DNA of 63,760 nucleotides, the filler included, from Actinomycetota bacterium (GTDB lineage: Bacteria > Actinomycetota > CADDZG01 > JAHWKV01 > JAOPZY01), in NCBI GenBank assembly GCA_025963875.1. It is 5 parts of 5 records of this genome, joined end to end, with 100 filler letters (N's around TTAATTAATTAA, not from the genome) between each part and the next. Parts side by side here need not be neighbours in the genome. Positions count along the whole stretch, not along the records: positions 1 to 31,718 come from JAOPZY010000148.1; 4 more parts are not named here. One strand, 5' to 3'. Below are positions 19,576 through 29,839 of the stretch, piece by piece. How positions within the stretch are numbered: position 1 is the stretch's first letter; each line of letters opens with the position of its first letter. The notes beneath the pieces are model-generated. The model was not told the origin of the DNA. It saw only the letters and a list, made by a program, of their open reading frames with translations, and did not search any database. Made by a program: the position numbers and the translations under genes.

Positions 19576-20469
19576 CTACGTGAGGAGCCGGCGCACCTCG
19601 GCGACGTCGTTCTCGATCGCCGCTGCGAGTTCGGTGCCCGAGGGGAAGGCCCGCTCGGGGCGGAGGTAGGCTGCGAATTCGACATCCCCCTCCTCGCCGT
19701 ACAGGTCGCCGTCGAAGTCGAGGGCGTAGGCCTCCAGGGTCACGGGGTTGTGCTCGCCGTACGTGGGGTTGGTGCCGACGCTGATCGCGCTGACGAGCCG
19801 CTGCTTGCCGACGGTGAGGTGTCCGGCGTAGATGCCGAGGCCCGGCAGGCAGAAGTTGTCCGGCGGGTCGATGTTGGCGGTCGGGAATCCGAGCCCGACC
19901 CCCCTCCCCTTCCCCCGGACGATGCGGCCGGGCACCCGGTGGCGGCGGCCGAGGGCCTTGTTCGCCCATTCCAGGTCGCACTCGGCGATCGCCCTGCGGA
20001 TCGCGGAGGAGGAGACCGGGCGGCCGTCGAGCTCCTTGAGCGGGACCGCCTCGAAGGAGAAGCCCAGCTGCCGGCCCATCGTGGCGAGCATCGCGGTGTC
20101 GCCCCGGGCCTTGTGGCCGAACCGGAAGTTCTCGCCGACGACCACCGCCCGGACCCCGAGGCCCCCGACGAGCATCTCCGAGACGAACGCCTCGGGCTCC
20201 ACCAGCGACAGGCTGCGGTCGAAGGGGACGACGAGCACCCGGTCGATCCCCGCCTCCCGGAGGAGCTCGGTCCGGCATTCCGCCGTCGTGAGGGCAAGCG
20301 GCGCATGGCCCCGGAGCACGGCCTGGGGATGGGGGTCGAAGGTCACGACCGCAGGCGTCGCCCCGGACGCCAGGGCATGGGCCTTGAGGCGGTCCAGGAT
20401 CGCCCGGTGCCCGAGATGCACGCCGTCGAAGTTCCCGATGGTGACAGCCAGGGGGGCCGGATCGCTCAT
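19576..20469 (-). CDS. ribF: Bifunctional riboflavin kinase/FAD synthetase
   Basis: IGNFDGVHLGH, VSSSAIR, GFPTAN, GTNPT. Confidence 0.97.
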   Translation of the reverse strand: MSDPAPLAVTIGNFDGVHLGHRAILDRLKAHALASGATPAVVTFDPHPQAVLRGHAPLALTTAECRTELLREAGIDRVLVVPFDRSLSLVEPEAFVSEMLVGGLGVRAVVVGENFRFGHKARGDTAMLATMGRQLGFSFEAVPLKELDGRPVSSSAIRRAIAECDLEWANKALGRRHRVPGRIVRGKGRGVGLGFPTANIDPPDNFCLPGLGIYAGHLTVGKQRLVSAISVGTNPTYGEHNPVTLEAYALDFDGDLYGEEGDVEFAAYLRPERAFPSGTELAAAIENDVAEVRRLLT

Positions 20470-21353
20470 ACCAGCACCGCCGCGGGCCGCAGCCCTTCGC
20501 CCTGCCGGCGGTAGACGGCCAGGAGGCGCCCGTCGGGGTCGAGGATGGCCACGGGGGGTCCTTCGGCGTCGCCGGGATCCGGGTCGCCCAACGAACGGCC
20601 GTGGCCCACCGCCTGGAGTTCGTCGCCGGAGACCGTCACCGACTCGTAGTCGCGCATGGCGGCGCCCATCGGCATGACTGCGGCGCGGCGGGCATCGGGT
20701 TCCATGGCCTCGAGCTGCGCCACGGTGACCGCGTCGGCCTCACCCAGGGAGCCGATCGAGGTGCGGCGCAGCGTCTTCAGGTGTGCACCGCAGCCCAGCA
20801 GCTCGCCGATATCCGCCGCCAGCGTTCGCACGTAGGTACCGCTCGAGCAGCGGACCTCGAGGGTCGCCTCCCAGGCCGCCCCGTCGCAGCTTGCGACGTC
20901 GAGGCCGTAGACCGTGACGGCGCGGGCCGGCCGCTCGACGTCCTCGCCCCGGCGGGCCGCCTGGTAGAGGCGCTCGCCTCCCACCCTGACCGCCGAGACC
21001 ATCGGGGGGACCTGACGGATCTCGCCGACCATCGAGGCTGCCGCCGCCCGGAGGTCGTCGAGGCCGAAGCCGCACGGCCGCTCCTCCAGGACCCTGCCGG
21101 TGGCGTCCTGGGTGCTGGTCGTGGCCCCGAAGGCCACCTCGGCCCGGTAGGCCTTGGGGAGCGCCTGCAGGAACTGCAGGATGCGGGTCGCCCGCTCGAG
21201 GCCGACCAGCAGGATGCCGGTCGCCGGCGGGTCGAGGGTCCCGGCGTGGCCCACCCGCTTCGTGGCGAACAGGCGCCGCAGGCGGTTGACGACGTCGTGC
21301 GACGTCGGCCCGGCGTGCTTGTCCACGACGAGCAGGCCGTCAGGCGCCGGCAC
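20466..21353 (-). CDS. truB: tRNA pseudouridine(55) synthase
   Basis: GHAGTLDP, QVPPMVSA, CSSGTYVR; GTG start at 21353. Confidence 0.96.
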   Translation of the reverse strand: MPAPDGLLVVDKHAGPTSHDVVNRLRRLFATKRVGHAGTLDPPATGILLVGLERATRILQFLQALPKAYRAEVAFGATTSTQDATGRVLEERPCGFGLDDLRAAAASMVGEIRQVPPMVSAVRVGGERLYQAARRGEDVERPARAVTVYGLDVASCDGAAWEATLEVRCSSGTYVRTLAADIGELLGCGAHLKTLRRTSIGSLGEADAVTVAQLEAMEPDARRAAVMPMGAAMRDYESVTVSGDELQAVGHGRSLGDPDPGDAEGPPVAILDPDGRLLAVYRRQGEGLRPAAVLV

Positions 21354-22338
21354 GCTCTGGGGCGCCGGCCGGTGCGCCAGACGCCGCCGGCGCAAGTGCG
21401 GAGCGGATCGCCTGGATGGTCTCCTCGACCCCGCCCGGGGCCGGGAAGCCGGCGGCCCGGGCATGGCCGCCGCCCCCGAAGGCCGCCGCGATCTGCGCCA
21501 CGTCGACCTCGCCGCGCGAGCGCATCGACACCTTGTAGTGGCCCGGCTCGGTCTCCTTGAGCAGCACCGCCACGCCCGCCTCCCTGACGGCCCGCAGCAG
21601 GTTGATCATGTCCTCGGCCTCGTCGAGCTTGGTGCCGTTCAGGTCCTTCAGCTCCAGCCAGCTCCACACGAGGCCGTCCTCCAGCTTCGCCCGCGAGAGC
21701 ACGATCCCGAGGGTGTGCAGGTAGCCGAAGGGCGCCGACTCGAAGATCTCGGTGGACACCATGGTGTGGTCGACGCCCTGCTCCCTGAGGTCGGCGGCGA
21801 CGCGCAGGGTCGCCGGCGAGGTGCTCGAGTACTGGAAGCGGCCGGTGTCGGTGACGATGCCGGTGTAGAGGGCGGTGGCCTCCTCGGTGTTCGGGACGCC
21901 GCCCATCCGCCGGATGAGCTCGTAGACCAGCTCGCACGAGGAGGCGGCCGCGGGCTCGACGAGGTTGATGTCGCCGAAGCCGGGGTTGGTGGCGTGGTGG
22001 TCGAGATCGATGCGGGTGCCCGCCGCCTTGAAGACGGGGAGGAGCAGCTCGAGGCGCGTGTCCTGGGCGCAGTCCACCGACAGGAAGACCTCGGGGGCCG
22101 GAGGCCGGTCGCCGCCGATCAGGTCCAGGCCGGGCAGGAAGGCGTACTGGGGCGGCACGCGGAGTTGCGGGCTCCCCCACCCCATCCAGACCTTCTTGCC
22201 GAGCCGGCGCAGGTAGAGGCCGATGCCGAGCATCGACCCCAGGGCGTCGCCGTCGGGGAAGACGTGGCAGGCGACGGCGACCTCCTCGGCGCCCGCCAGC
22301 GCCTCGGCGGCCCGGGCCCACTCCTTCTCGTCAATCAT
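21340..22338 (-). CDS. nrnA: DHH family oligoribonuclease/PAP phosphatase NrnA
   Basis: PDGDALGS, DHH, TDTGRF, GGGGH; ATG at 22338. Confidence 0.93.
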   Translation of the reverse strand: MIDEKEWARAAEALAGAEEVAVACHVFPDGDALGSMLGIGLYLRRLGKKVWMGWGSPQLRVPPQYAFLPGLDLIGGDRPPAPEVFLSVDCAQDTRLELLLPVFKAAGTRIDLDHHATNPGFGDINLVEPAAASSCELVYELIRRMGGVPNTEEATALYTGIVTDTGRFQYSSTSPATLRVAADLREQGVDHTMVSTEIFESAPFGYLHTLGIVLSRAKLEDGLVWSWLELKDLNGTKLDEAEDMINLLRAVREAGVAVLLKETEPGHYKVSMRSRGEVDVAQIAAAFGGGGHARAAGFPAPGGVEETIQAIRSALAPAASGAPAGAPERAGA

Positions 22339-22720
22339 CTGCGGGCTCCTCCAGCTGTCCGACGTTTGGTGGCTTCGAGACCCCCGCCTCCCGGAGGAGC
22401 TGCTCGATGCGCTCGCCGTAGGCGGCCGTGGTGTCCTCGACGATCTCCAGCGAGGGAAGGTACTTGAGCCGGATCTCCCGCCCGAGGGTGGCCCGCAGGT
22501 GGGGGACCGCATGGCGGATCGCCTCCATCGAGGCTTCCCGCGCCTCGTCCGCTCCCAGGACGCTCACGTAGACCTTCGCCTGCCGGAGGTCGGGCGACAT
22601 CTTCACCGAGGTGACGGTCACGAAGCCGATGCGCGGGTCCGTCAGGTCCTGGAGGGCCTCGCCGAGCACCTCCCGGGCGAGCCGCTCGACCCGCTCGGCG
22701 CGGGGATAGGTCCTAGGCAT
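22331..22720 (-). CDS. rbfA: Ribosome-binding factor A
   Basis: DPRIGFVTVT, SPDLRQAKVY, LKYLPSL. Confidence 0.96.
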   Translation of the reverse strand: MPRTYPRAERVERLAREVLGEALQDLTDPRIGFVTVTSVKMSPDLRQAKVYVSVLGADEAREASMEAIRHAVPHLRATLGREIRLKYLPSLEIVEDTTAAYGERIEQLLREAGVSKPPNVGQLEEPADD

Positions 22721-23009
22721 CGTCTGGGCTCATCACCTCCACGGTGGCGCCGAGGACCTCGATGGCGTACTGGTTGCGCACATACCGTTCCATCTCCATC
22801 AGCATCTTCTTGGCGTGGAAGGAGGACTCGGACACGCACGACACCGCGATGGCGCCGCGCTGGCGAAGGTCCTGGTGGTCGACCTCGGCCACCCCCGCGT
22901 TGAACTTCGTCCGCAATCCTCCCACGATGTGGCGCACGACCTGGCGCTTGTCCTTCAGCGACGTGGAGCCAGGCACCAGGAAGTCGTAGCGGGCGACGCC
23001 CACGAACAT
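22713..23009 (-). CDS. DUF503 (YlxP) family protein
   Basis: SLKDKR, FNAGVAEVDHQD; between infB and rbfA. Confidence 0.9.
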   Translation of the reverse strand: MFVGVARYDFLVPGSTSLKDKRQVVRHIVGGLRTKFNAGVAEVDHQDLRQRGAIAVSCVSESSFHAKKMLMEMERYVRNQYAIEVLGATVEVMSPDDA

Positions 23010-23024
23010 ACGCCTGTCCCCGAA

Positions 23025-25136
23025 CTAGTCCCGGGGCAGCTCGCGCACCTCGAAGGCTTCGATCACATCTCCCTCTTTGATGTCGTTGAAGTCGTCGAGG
23101 GTCATGCCGCACTCGAAGCCTGCCGCCACCTCACGGGCGTCGTCCTTGAACCGCTTCAGGGTGTCGATGCGGCCGGTGTAGACGACGGTGCCGTCCCGGA
23201 CCAGGCGGGCGCGGGAGCCCCGGATGATCTTGCCCTCGGTGACGTAGCACCCGGCGACCACGGCCCGCGGGATGCGGAAAGTCGCCCGCACCTGGGCGGC
23301 GCCGAGGACGAACTCCTGCTCCTCGGGGGCGAGCAGGCCCTTGAGCGCCTGGCTGATGTCGTCGAGGAGCTGGTAGATGATCTGGTAGGTCCGGACGTCC
23401 ACGCCCTCGCGCTCGGCGAGCTGCCGGGCGCCGGCGTCGGGCCGGACCCCGAAGCCCACGACGATGGCGTCGGAGGCCTGGGCCAGCGTGACGTCGCTCT
23501 CGCCGATCGCCCCGACGCCCCGGCGCAGGATGTTGAGCCGCAGGTTTGCCCGGTGCATCTTCGTGAGCGACTCGGTGAGGGCCTCCAGAGAGCCCTGCGA
23601 ATCCGCCTTCAGGATCACCCGCAGCTCCGGCACGTCGCCAGTGCGGGTCTTGAAGAGCAGGTCCTCGAGGGTGGCCGGCTTGGCCCCCGCGACGAAGTCG
23701 GCGGCCCGTTGGAGCGTCTCGCGCTCCTGGGCGATGCGCTTGGCCTCCCGCTCGTCCTTGACGGCGAAGAACTCGTCGCCGGCCTCTGGTAGGCGCGACC
23801 AGCCGCTCACCTGCACCGGCTGCGACGGGCCAGCCTTCGGGACCTGCTTGCCGTTCTCGTCGAGCATCGTGCGGACCCGGGCCCACGCAGGGCCGCAGAC
23901 GACCGCCTGGCCGGGCTTGAGGGTGCCCTTCTGCACAATGAGCGTGGCCACCGGGCCGCGGCCCCGGTCGAGGTGCGCCTCGATGACGTGCCCCCGGGCC
24001 GGGGTGTTCGGGTTGGCCTTGAGGTTCTGCATCTCCGCCACGAGGTGGACCATGTCGAGCAGGACGTCGAGGTTGGTCCCCGCCTTGGCCGAGACGTCGA
24101 CGAAGACCGTGTCGCCGCCCCACTCATCCGGCGTGAGCCCCAGCTCGGAGAGCTGCTGGCGCACCCGGGTGGGATCGGCCTCGGGCCGGTCGATCTTGTT
24201 GACGGCCACGAGCACCGGCACCTTCGCCGCCCTGGCGTGGTCGAGCGCCTCCACCGTCTGGGGCTGGACGCCGTCGTCGGCCGCCACCACGAGGATGGCG
24301 ACGTCGGTGACCTGGGCGCCGCGGGCCCGCATCTGCGTGAAGGCCTCGTGACCGGGGGTGTCGATGAAGGTGGTGGTGGTGCCGTCCTTGCCGTGGACCT
24401 GGTACGCGCCGATGGCCTGCGTGATGCCGCCGGCCTCGAGCGAGAGCATCTCCTTCTTGCGGAACTGCTGCAGGATCGAGCTCTTGCCGTGGTCGACGTG
24501 GCCCATGACGGTGACGACCGGCGGCCGGGTCTCGAGGGCCGCGTCCACGGCATCCTCGGCGGCACCGGGGGCCTCGTCCTCGGGGGCCACCGAGACGTCG
24601 TCGGCGACGGACACGATCCGCACGGGAACGTCGAACTCGTTGGCGAGCACCTCCACCTCGTCGTCGCTGAGCGACTGCGTGATGGTCTTCATCTCGCCGA
24701 GGCGCATGAGCAGCTTGATGACGTCGGTCGGGGACTTGCCGATCTTGCCGGCGAAGTCGGTGACCGAGACGCCGCGCGGGACAGTGATCTCGTTGGCTGC
24801 CGGAGCTTCTGCCGGTGCGGCAACGGCCACCGCCTGCGCGGCGGGAGCCGGAGCGGCAGCCGGCTTCGGTGCGGGGGCGGCCACCGGCTGGGGCCTGGGG
24901 GCGGAAGGCGCGGTGGGAGCGGTCGGCGCCGGTGCGGGTGCCGGTGCGCTGGGTGTGGCGGCGGCCGTGGTGGCCGAGCCGTTCCTCACCAGCCCGCGCA
25001 GCTTCGCCGCATCCGCGTCCTCGATGGTCGAGGCGTGATTACGAACGTCCACGCCGAGCTTGGTCAGCATGTCCACGGCGTCCTTCGACGCCAACCCAAG
25101 CTCCTTTGCGATCTGGTGCACCCTCATCTTCGCCAT
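23025..25136 (-). CDS. infB: Translation initiation factor IF-2
   Basis: GHVDHGKS, DTPGHEAF, NKID. Confidence 0.98.
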   Translation of the reverse strand: MAKMRVHQIAKELGLASKDAVDMLTKLGVDVRNHASTIEDADAAKLRGLVRNGSATTAAATPSAPAPAPAPTAPTAPSAPRPQPVAAPAPKPAAAPAPAAQAVAVAAPAEAPAANEITVPRGVSVTDFAGKIGKSPTDVIKLLMRLGEMKTITQSLSDDEVEVLANEFDVPVRIVSVADDVSVAPEDEAPGAAEDAVDAALETRPPVVTVMGHVDHGKSSILQQFRKKEMLSLEAGGITQAIGAYQVHGKDGTTTTFIDTPGHEAFTQMRARGAQVTDVAILVVAADDGVQPQTVEALDHARAAKVPVLVAVNKIDRPEADPTRVRQQLSELGLTPDEWGGDTVFVDVSAKAGTNLDVLLDMVHLVAEMQNLKANPNTPARGHVIEAHLDRGRGPVATLIVQKGTLKPGQAVVCGPAWARVRTMLDENGKQVPKAGPSQPVQVSGWSRLPEAGDEFFAVKDEREAKRIAQERETLQRAADFVAGAKPATLEDLLFKTRTGDVPELRVILKADSQGSLEALTESLTKMHRANLRLNILRRGVGAIGESDVTLAQASDAIVVGFGVRPDAGARQLAEREGVDVRTYQIIYQLLDDISQALKGLLAPEEQEFVLGAAQVRATFRIPRAVVAGCYVTEGKIIRGSRARLVRDGTVVYTGRIDTLKRFKDDAREVAAGFECGMTLDDFNDIKEGDVIEAFEVRELPRD

Positions 25137-25143
25137 CTATGTC

Positions 25144-25449
25144 CTATCCCCGGCTTTCGCCTCTCAAGTCCTGAGCTTTACGCTCCCTAAGATACTCCAC
25201 CGCCTGTGCCGCCAGTCTCGTTACCTCCGCCTCACTGAGCGCCGTCCGCAGCGTTCTGGCAAGGCCACCCCGGCGCAGCGCCCTGTCGATGCAGGCCTGG
25301 TCGAGGCAGCAGTAGCCTCCCCGGCCCGGCCGCAGCTGCCCCGGGTCCACCTCGACGCCGTGCGACTGCCGTGCGAACCGGAGGAGCTCGCCCTTCGGGC
25401 GCCGGGTGCGACAGGCCGCGCACCGGCGCACCGGTGCCTCACGTGCCAC
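25144..25449 (-). CDS. ylxR: YlxR/RnpM family RNA-binding protein
   Basis: PVRRCAACR, GRGGY; between nusA and infB. Confidence 0.88.
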   Translation of the reverse strand: MAREAPVRRCAACRTRRPKGELLRFARQSHGVEVDPGQLRPGRGGYCCLDQACIDRALRRGGLARTLRTALSEAEVTRLAAQAVEYLRERKAQDLRGESRG

Positions 25450-25456
25450 CTGTCCG

Positions 25457-26545
25457 CTAGGAAGCTCCGGCTCCCGCCTCCGCCGCCGACTCGGCCCCCG
25501 CCGGAGCCCCCGATGGGGCCATGGCCGGGGCCGCCTGCTTGCGCACCTGCTCCTGGGTCAGCTGGCTCTCGCTCTTGATGTCGATCCGCCAGCCGGTCAG
25601 CCGGGCGGCCAGCCGGGCGTTCTGGCCCTCCTTGCCGATGGCGAGGGAGAGCTGGAAGTCCGGCACGACGACCTCCGCCGTCTGGGTGTCGGGGTCGATG
25701 CGGACCTCCTTCACCTTTGCCGGCGAGAGCGCGTTCGACACGAAGCGGGAGGCGTCCTCGGCCCACGGGATGATGTCGACCTTCTCGCCCCGCAGCTCGT
25801 TGACCACCATCCGCACCCTCGACCCCTTCGGTCCGACACAGGCCCCGACCGGGTCGACGTTGGACTCCCGCGAGGTGACGGCGATCTTGCTGCGGTGCCC
25901 GGCCTCGCGGGCCACCTGCTTGATCTCGACGATGCCGTCCACGATCTCCGGCACCTCGAGCTCGAACAGCTTCTTGATCAGATTGGGGTGCGTGCGAGAG
26001 CAGATGATCTGCGGCCCCCGCGGCGAGCGGCGGACCTCGACGATGTAGGCCTTCATGCGGGATCCGTGGTCGTACCGCTCCCCCGCCACCTGCTCCGCCT
26101 GGGGCAGCAGCGCCTCGACGCCCTTGCCCAGGTCGAGCAGCACGTAGCGAGGGTCGGCCTGCTGGACGATCGCGGTGACGATGTCGCCCTCCCGGCCCGA
26201 GTACTCGCCGTAGGTGATCTCACGCTCCGCCTCCCGGATCCGCTGCAGGATGACCTGCTTGGCGGTCTGGGCGGCGATCCGCCCGAAGTCGGCCGGCGTC
26301 TCCTCCGGCCATTCCTTGATCAGCTTGAGTTCGCCGGTGTCCTCGTCCTCCTCGACCTCCTGGGCGTAGACGACGACCTCACCGCTCTTGCGGTCGATCT
26401 CGACCCGCGCGTCGTCGCCGGCCGCGATGGGAGAACGCTTGTAGGCGGCGGCGAGCGCCTGCTCGAGCGCCGTCATCACGCTTTCGAATGAGATGCCCTT
26501 CTCCCGCTCGACCAGGTGAATGGCGTCCAAATCAATCGGATTCAT
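25457..26545 (-). CDS. nusA: Transcription termination factor NusA
   Basis: [32 protein letters not shown]. Confidence 0.98.
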   Translation of the reverse strand: MNPIDLDAIHLVEREKGISFESVMTALEQALAAAYKRSPIAAGDDARVEIDRKSGEVVVYAQEVEEDEDTGELKLIKEWPEETPADFGRIAAQTAKQVILQRIREAEREITYGEYSGREGDIVTAIVQQADPRYVLLDLGKGVEALLPQAEQVAGERYDHGSRMKAYIVEVRRSPRGPQIICSRTHPNLIKKLFELEVPEIVDGIVEIKQVAREAGHRSKIAVTSRESNVDPVGACVGPKGSRVRMVVNELRGEKVDIIPWAEDASRFVSNALSPAKVKEVRIDPDTQTAEVVVPDFQLSLAIGKEGQNARLAARLTGWRIDIKSESQLTQEQVRKQAAPAMAPSGAPAGAESAAEAGAGAS

Positions 26546-27051
26546 AGTCCCCCCCGCGTCCCTTTCAGTTCTCTGTCCCAGTCAACAACCAACCGGGCCT
26601 TGGACACCCCGACGTACGGGATCTCCACGACCTCCTGCCGCTCTGCCACCGCGAGCACAAACGACTCGTCGCCGGCGGAGCGGATCGTCCCCGTGTAGAC
26701 CCGCTGCCCTTCGATCGGCTCCTGGCAGCGGACCTTCACCTGACGGCCCTCGAACCGGCGATAGTCCGTCGGCCGCACGAGCGGCCGCTCGATACCCGCC
26801 GACGCCACCTCGAGCGTGTAGCGGCCCGGGATGGGGTCCTCGGCGTCGAGCGTTCTCGAGATCTCCTCGGAGATCTCGACGATCTCGTCGAGCGAGACCG
26901 CGCGCTCAGCCCGATCGACGGTCAGCCGGAGCATCTGCCCCACCGACTCGCCGCCCAGGCTGAATGTCACAAGCTCGACCCCGTGGGCATTGAGAATGGA
27001 CTCGCAGGTGGCACGAACCGCGTCGGCGACTTCCGGCCGGGGCATGCTCAC
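26542..27051 (-). CDS. rimP: Ribosome maturation factor RimP
   Basis: [14 protein letters not shown]; first gene of the nusA operon. Confidence 0.95.
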   Translation of the reverse strand: MSMPRPEVADAVRATCESILNAHGVELVTFSLGGESVGQMLRLTVDRAERAVSLDEIVEISEEISRTLDAEDPIPGRYTLEVASAGIERPLVRPTDYRRFEGRQVKVRCQEPIEGQRVYTGTIRSAGDESFVLAVAERQEVVEIPYVGVSKARLVVDWDRELKGTRGGL

Positions 27052-27169
27052 CTCCCATTTAGCTGCGCTCTCCCGTTTCTGGAGCTTCGCGGCTGTCTCA
27101 AGGTCCCTGTGTGTGCGCTCTGACTCTCCTGCCAGTGCTCTGAAGCATCGCTGTCACAGAACACGTCTC

Positions 27170-27197
27170 AAAAAAAGAAGTGGGCTCTGGCCCACTC
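27170..27197 (-). terminator. rimP leader hairpin/attenuator
   Basis: GAGTGGGC-CAGA-GCCCACTT followed by CTTTTTTT, between a TATACT -10 (27251-27256) and rimP. Confidence 0.75.
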
Positions 27198-27387
27198 CGC
27201 CCTGCTGTGAACACTTCGGGGCAACCCCAACCGGGCGTTGCTCCGATCCGAGTATACGCCCCTTTTGGCACCGGACGGCGGAGCCTGCCTTTCGAGCAGG
27301 TCCGTAATCCAGACGAGTTCGCTACAAGGGCCCGGGTAGGATCGGGATCCTGAATCCAGGATACTCCCGTGCAGGAGGACGCGACGA

Positions 27388-28029
27388 ATGAGCCGTATGT
27401 GGGATCTCTCCCTTCCCGTCAGCCCCGACATGCTGACCTGGCCGGGCGACCCGCCGGTCCGGATCGAGCCGGCCCACCGCATCGCCAGGGGGGACGCGGC
27501 GAACGTCTCGGAGATCCACATGGGGACCCACACCGGGACCCACGTCGACCCGCCACACCACTTCATCGACGGCGCCCCGACCGTCGAGTCGCTGCCCCTC
27601 GACGTGCTGATGGGCGACGCGGTCGTCGTCGAGATCCGCAAGCCTACCGGGACGATCGGCCCCGAGGAGCTGGAGGCTGCCGGCCTGGCGGAGGGCGACA
27701 CGCGCGTTCTGTTCAAGACGCCCAACTCGGCGATCTGGGCCGAGCCGCACCCGGAGTTCCCGGCCGAGTACGTGTCGGTGGGCCCGGAGGGGGCGAACTG
27801 GCTCGTCCAGCACGGGATCCGCCTCGTGGGCGTGGACTTCCTGTCGGTCGAGAAACGTGGGTCTCCGGGGCACCCCACCCACATCACCCTGCTGGGGGCC
27901 GGGGTGATCGTCATCGAGGGCCTGAACCTCTCCGGCGTGGAGCCGGGCCGCTACCAGCTGATCTGCCTGCCGATCAAGATCCTCGGCGGCGACGGCGCCC
28001 CGGCCCGGGCGGTGCTCCTGGAGGCCTGA
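27388..28029 (+). CDS. Cyclase / kynurenine formamidase family metal hydrolase
   Basis: HTGTHVDPP motif, GVDFLS, IEGL, GDGAPARA. Confidence 0.92.
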   Translation: MSRMWDLSLPVSPDMLTWPGDPPVRIEPAHRIARGDAANVSEIHMGTHTGTHVDPPHHFIDGAPTVESLPLDVLMGDAVVVEIRKPTGTIGPEELEAAGLAEGDTRVLFKTPNSAIWAEPHPEFPAEYVSVGPEGANWLVQHGIRLVGVDFLSVEKRGSPGHPTHITLLGAGVIVIEGLNLSGVEPGRYQLICLPIKILGGDGAPARAVLLEA

Positions 28030-28042
28030 TCACACACGCCGG

Positions 28043-29473
28043 TCAGTAGGCCTGGGCCCAGACGGCCAATTCGGTGGCGGGCTCGCCGCAGACGATGCAG
28101 AGCCCCTGCACGGGGGCCGGGTCCAGAGGCAGGGCACGGATCGTCGCCTTGGTGTCGGCCTTCACCCTCTCCTCGCAAGAGGGGCGGCCGCACCACAGGG
28201 CCTCGATGAAACCACCGGGGTCCTTGACGAGGGCCTTCAGCTCCTCGTACGAGGACGGGCGGAAGGTCCGGCCCTCACGGAACGCCAAGGCCTGGGCGAA
28301 GAGCTCGTCCTGGATGCCTGCCAGCACGCCGGGGATGTACTCGGCGAGGCCCTCGAGCGGCACCGGGGACTTCTGGCGCAGGTCGCGGCGGTAGAGCACG
28401 ATCTCCCCCTTGGCGAGGTCCTTGGGCCCGATCTCTAGGCGGATCGGGACCCCCTTCAGCTCCCACTCGTTGAACTTGTACCCCGGCCGGTGTTCCTCCC
28501 GGTCGTCCGTGCGGACCCGGACCCCCGCCGCCTTGAGCGCCGCGACCGCCGGCGTGAGCGACTCGGTCACCGCCGCCTTCTCCTCGTCGGTCCGGTAGAT
28601 GGGAACGATGACGACCTGGATCGGTGCCAGGGCCGGCGGCAGGCGCAGCCCGGCATCGTCGCCGTGGGCCATGATCAGGCCCCCGACCAGCCGGGTGGAG
28701 ACGCCCCACGAGGAAGCCCAGGCGTAGTCCTCCTTGCCGTCGCGGCCAAGGAACTTCACGTCGTAGGCCTTGGCGAAGTTCTGCCCAAGGTAGTGGGAGG
28801 TGCCCGCCTGCAGCGCCCGGCCGTCGCGCATCAGCGCCTCCATCGCGAGCGTCTCCACCGCTCCGGGGAAGCGCTGCGAGGCGCTCTTGCGGCCGAGGCG
28901 CACCGGGAGGGCCATGTCGTCCTCCACCGTCTCCCGGTAGACCCTCTCGAGGATAGTGCGGGCCTCGGCCATGGCCTCCTCTGCCGTCTCGTGGGCGGTG
29001 TGGCCCTCCTGCCAGAGGAACTCGGTCGTCCGCAGGAACAGGCGGGGCCGAAGCTCCCAGCGGACGACGTTCGCCCACTGGTTGTAGAGCAGGGGCAGGT
29101 CCCGGTAGCTCTGGATCCACTTGGCGTACGTCGCCCAGATGATGGTCTCGGAGGTGGGCCGGATCACGATCGGCTCCTCCAGCTTCTCGCCGCCGGCTTG
29201 CGTGACGACCGCCACCTCGGGGGCGAAGCCCTCCACGTGCTCGGCCTCTTTCTCCAGCAGCTTCGAGGGGATGAGCAGCGGGAAGTAGAGGTTCTCGTGG
29301 CCCGTCTCCTTGATGCGGCGGTCCACCGCCTGCTGGATGCGCTCCCAGATGGCGAAGCCGTAGGGCCGGATGACCATGGTGCCGCGCACCAGCGAGGGCT
29401 CGGCCAGCTCGGCGCCCTTGACGACCGCCTGGTACCAGGCGGGAAAGTCCTCGGATTGCTTCGGAAGTGCCAC
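28043..29473 (-). CDS. proS: Proline--tRNA ligase (archaeal/eukaryote-like type, no INS editing domain)
   Basis: HVEGFAPE, RPTSET, EFLWQEGHT, C-terminal ...AQAY; GTG start at 29473. Confidence 0.96.
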   Translation of the reverse strand: MALPKQSEDFPAWYQAVVKGAELAEPSLVRGTMVIRPYGFAIWERIQQAVDRRIKETGHENLYFPLLIPSKLLEKEAEHVEGFAPEVAVVTQAGGEKLEEPIVIRPTSETIIWATYAKWIQSYRDLPLLYNQWANVVRWELRPRLFLRTTEFLWQEGHTAHETAEEAMAEARTILERVYRETVEDDMALPVRLGRKSASQRFPGAVETLAMEALMRDGRALQAGTSHYLGQNFAKAYDVKFLGRDGKEDYAWASSWGVSTRLVGGLIMAHGDDAGLRLPPALAPIQVVIVPIYRTDEEKAAVTESLTPAVAALKAAGVRVRTDDREEHRPGYKFNEWELKGVPIRLEIGPKDLAKGEIVLYRRDLRQKSPVPLEGLAEYIPGVLAGIQDELFAQALAFREGRTFRPSSYEELKALVKDPGGFIEALWCGRPSCEERVKADTKATIRALPLDPAPVQGLCIVCGEPATELAVWAQAY

Positions 29474-29484
29474 GGGCAGGGAGT

Positions 29485-29661
29485 CTAATCCCGCCGGGAA
29501 CGGGTTAGGGCCCGCGAGGAAATAACCTGCGCGATCATGCCGCGCCGGCCTCCGCTTCGCGCTTTTGACGCCGCTGGCTGCACCCCGAGCAGGTGCTCGA
29601 GCGCCCGGGCCTGGCGGGCGGTGGGCTGGAGCAGGTACTGGAAGGACCGGAATGCAGGCAT
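29485..29661 (-). pseudogene. tnpB: Truncated tnpB (IS200/IS605 OrfB N-terminal HTH remnant), 58 codons
   Basis: MPAFRSFQYLLQPTARQARALEHLLG resembles the TnpB N-terminal (R-x-F/Y-x-Y-x-L-x-PT-x-x-Q) pattern, then loses similarity. Confidence 0.65.
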
Positions 29662-29665
29662 CGTG

Positions 29666-29693
29666 CGAACAAGTGTACGGATGGGTGCCGACA
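29666..29693 (-). promoter_or_regulatory. RecA-NDp (PafBC) promoter overlapped by a LexA-like box
   Basis: TGTCGG-CACCCATCCG-TACACT (29693-29672); CGAAC-AAGT-GTACG (29666-29679) has 1 mismatch to the SOS box. Confidence 0.75.
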
Positions 29694-29839
29694 GGAAATG
29701 GCCTGTTTTGGCGCCAGCCGGAGAAAATCCGTGGCACGCGGGAGGGGTACCAGCTTGCTGTTGGCGTCAGGCCGGCAATCTCTCTGGTCCGGCTGTCCCA
29801 CGACGCTTGTCAATCGCGCAGTCTATTTAGCGGTGCGTC

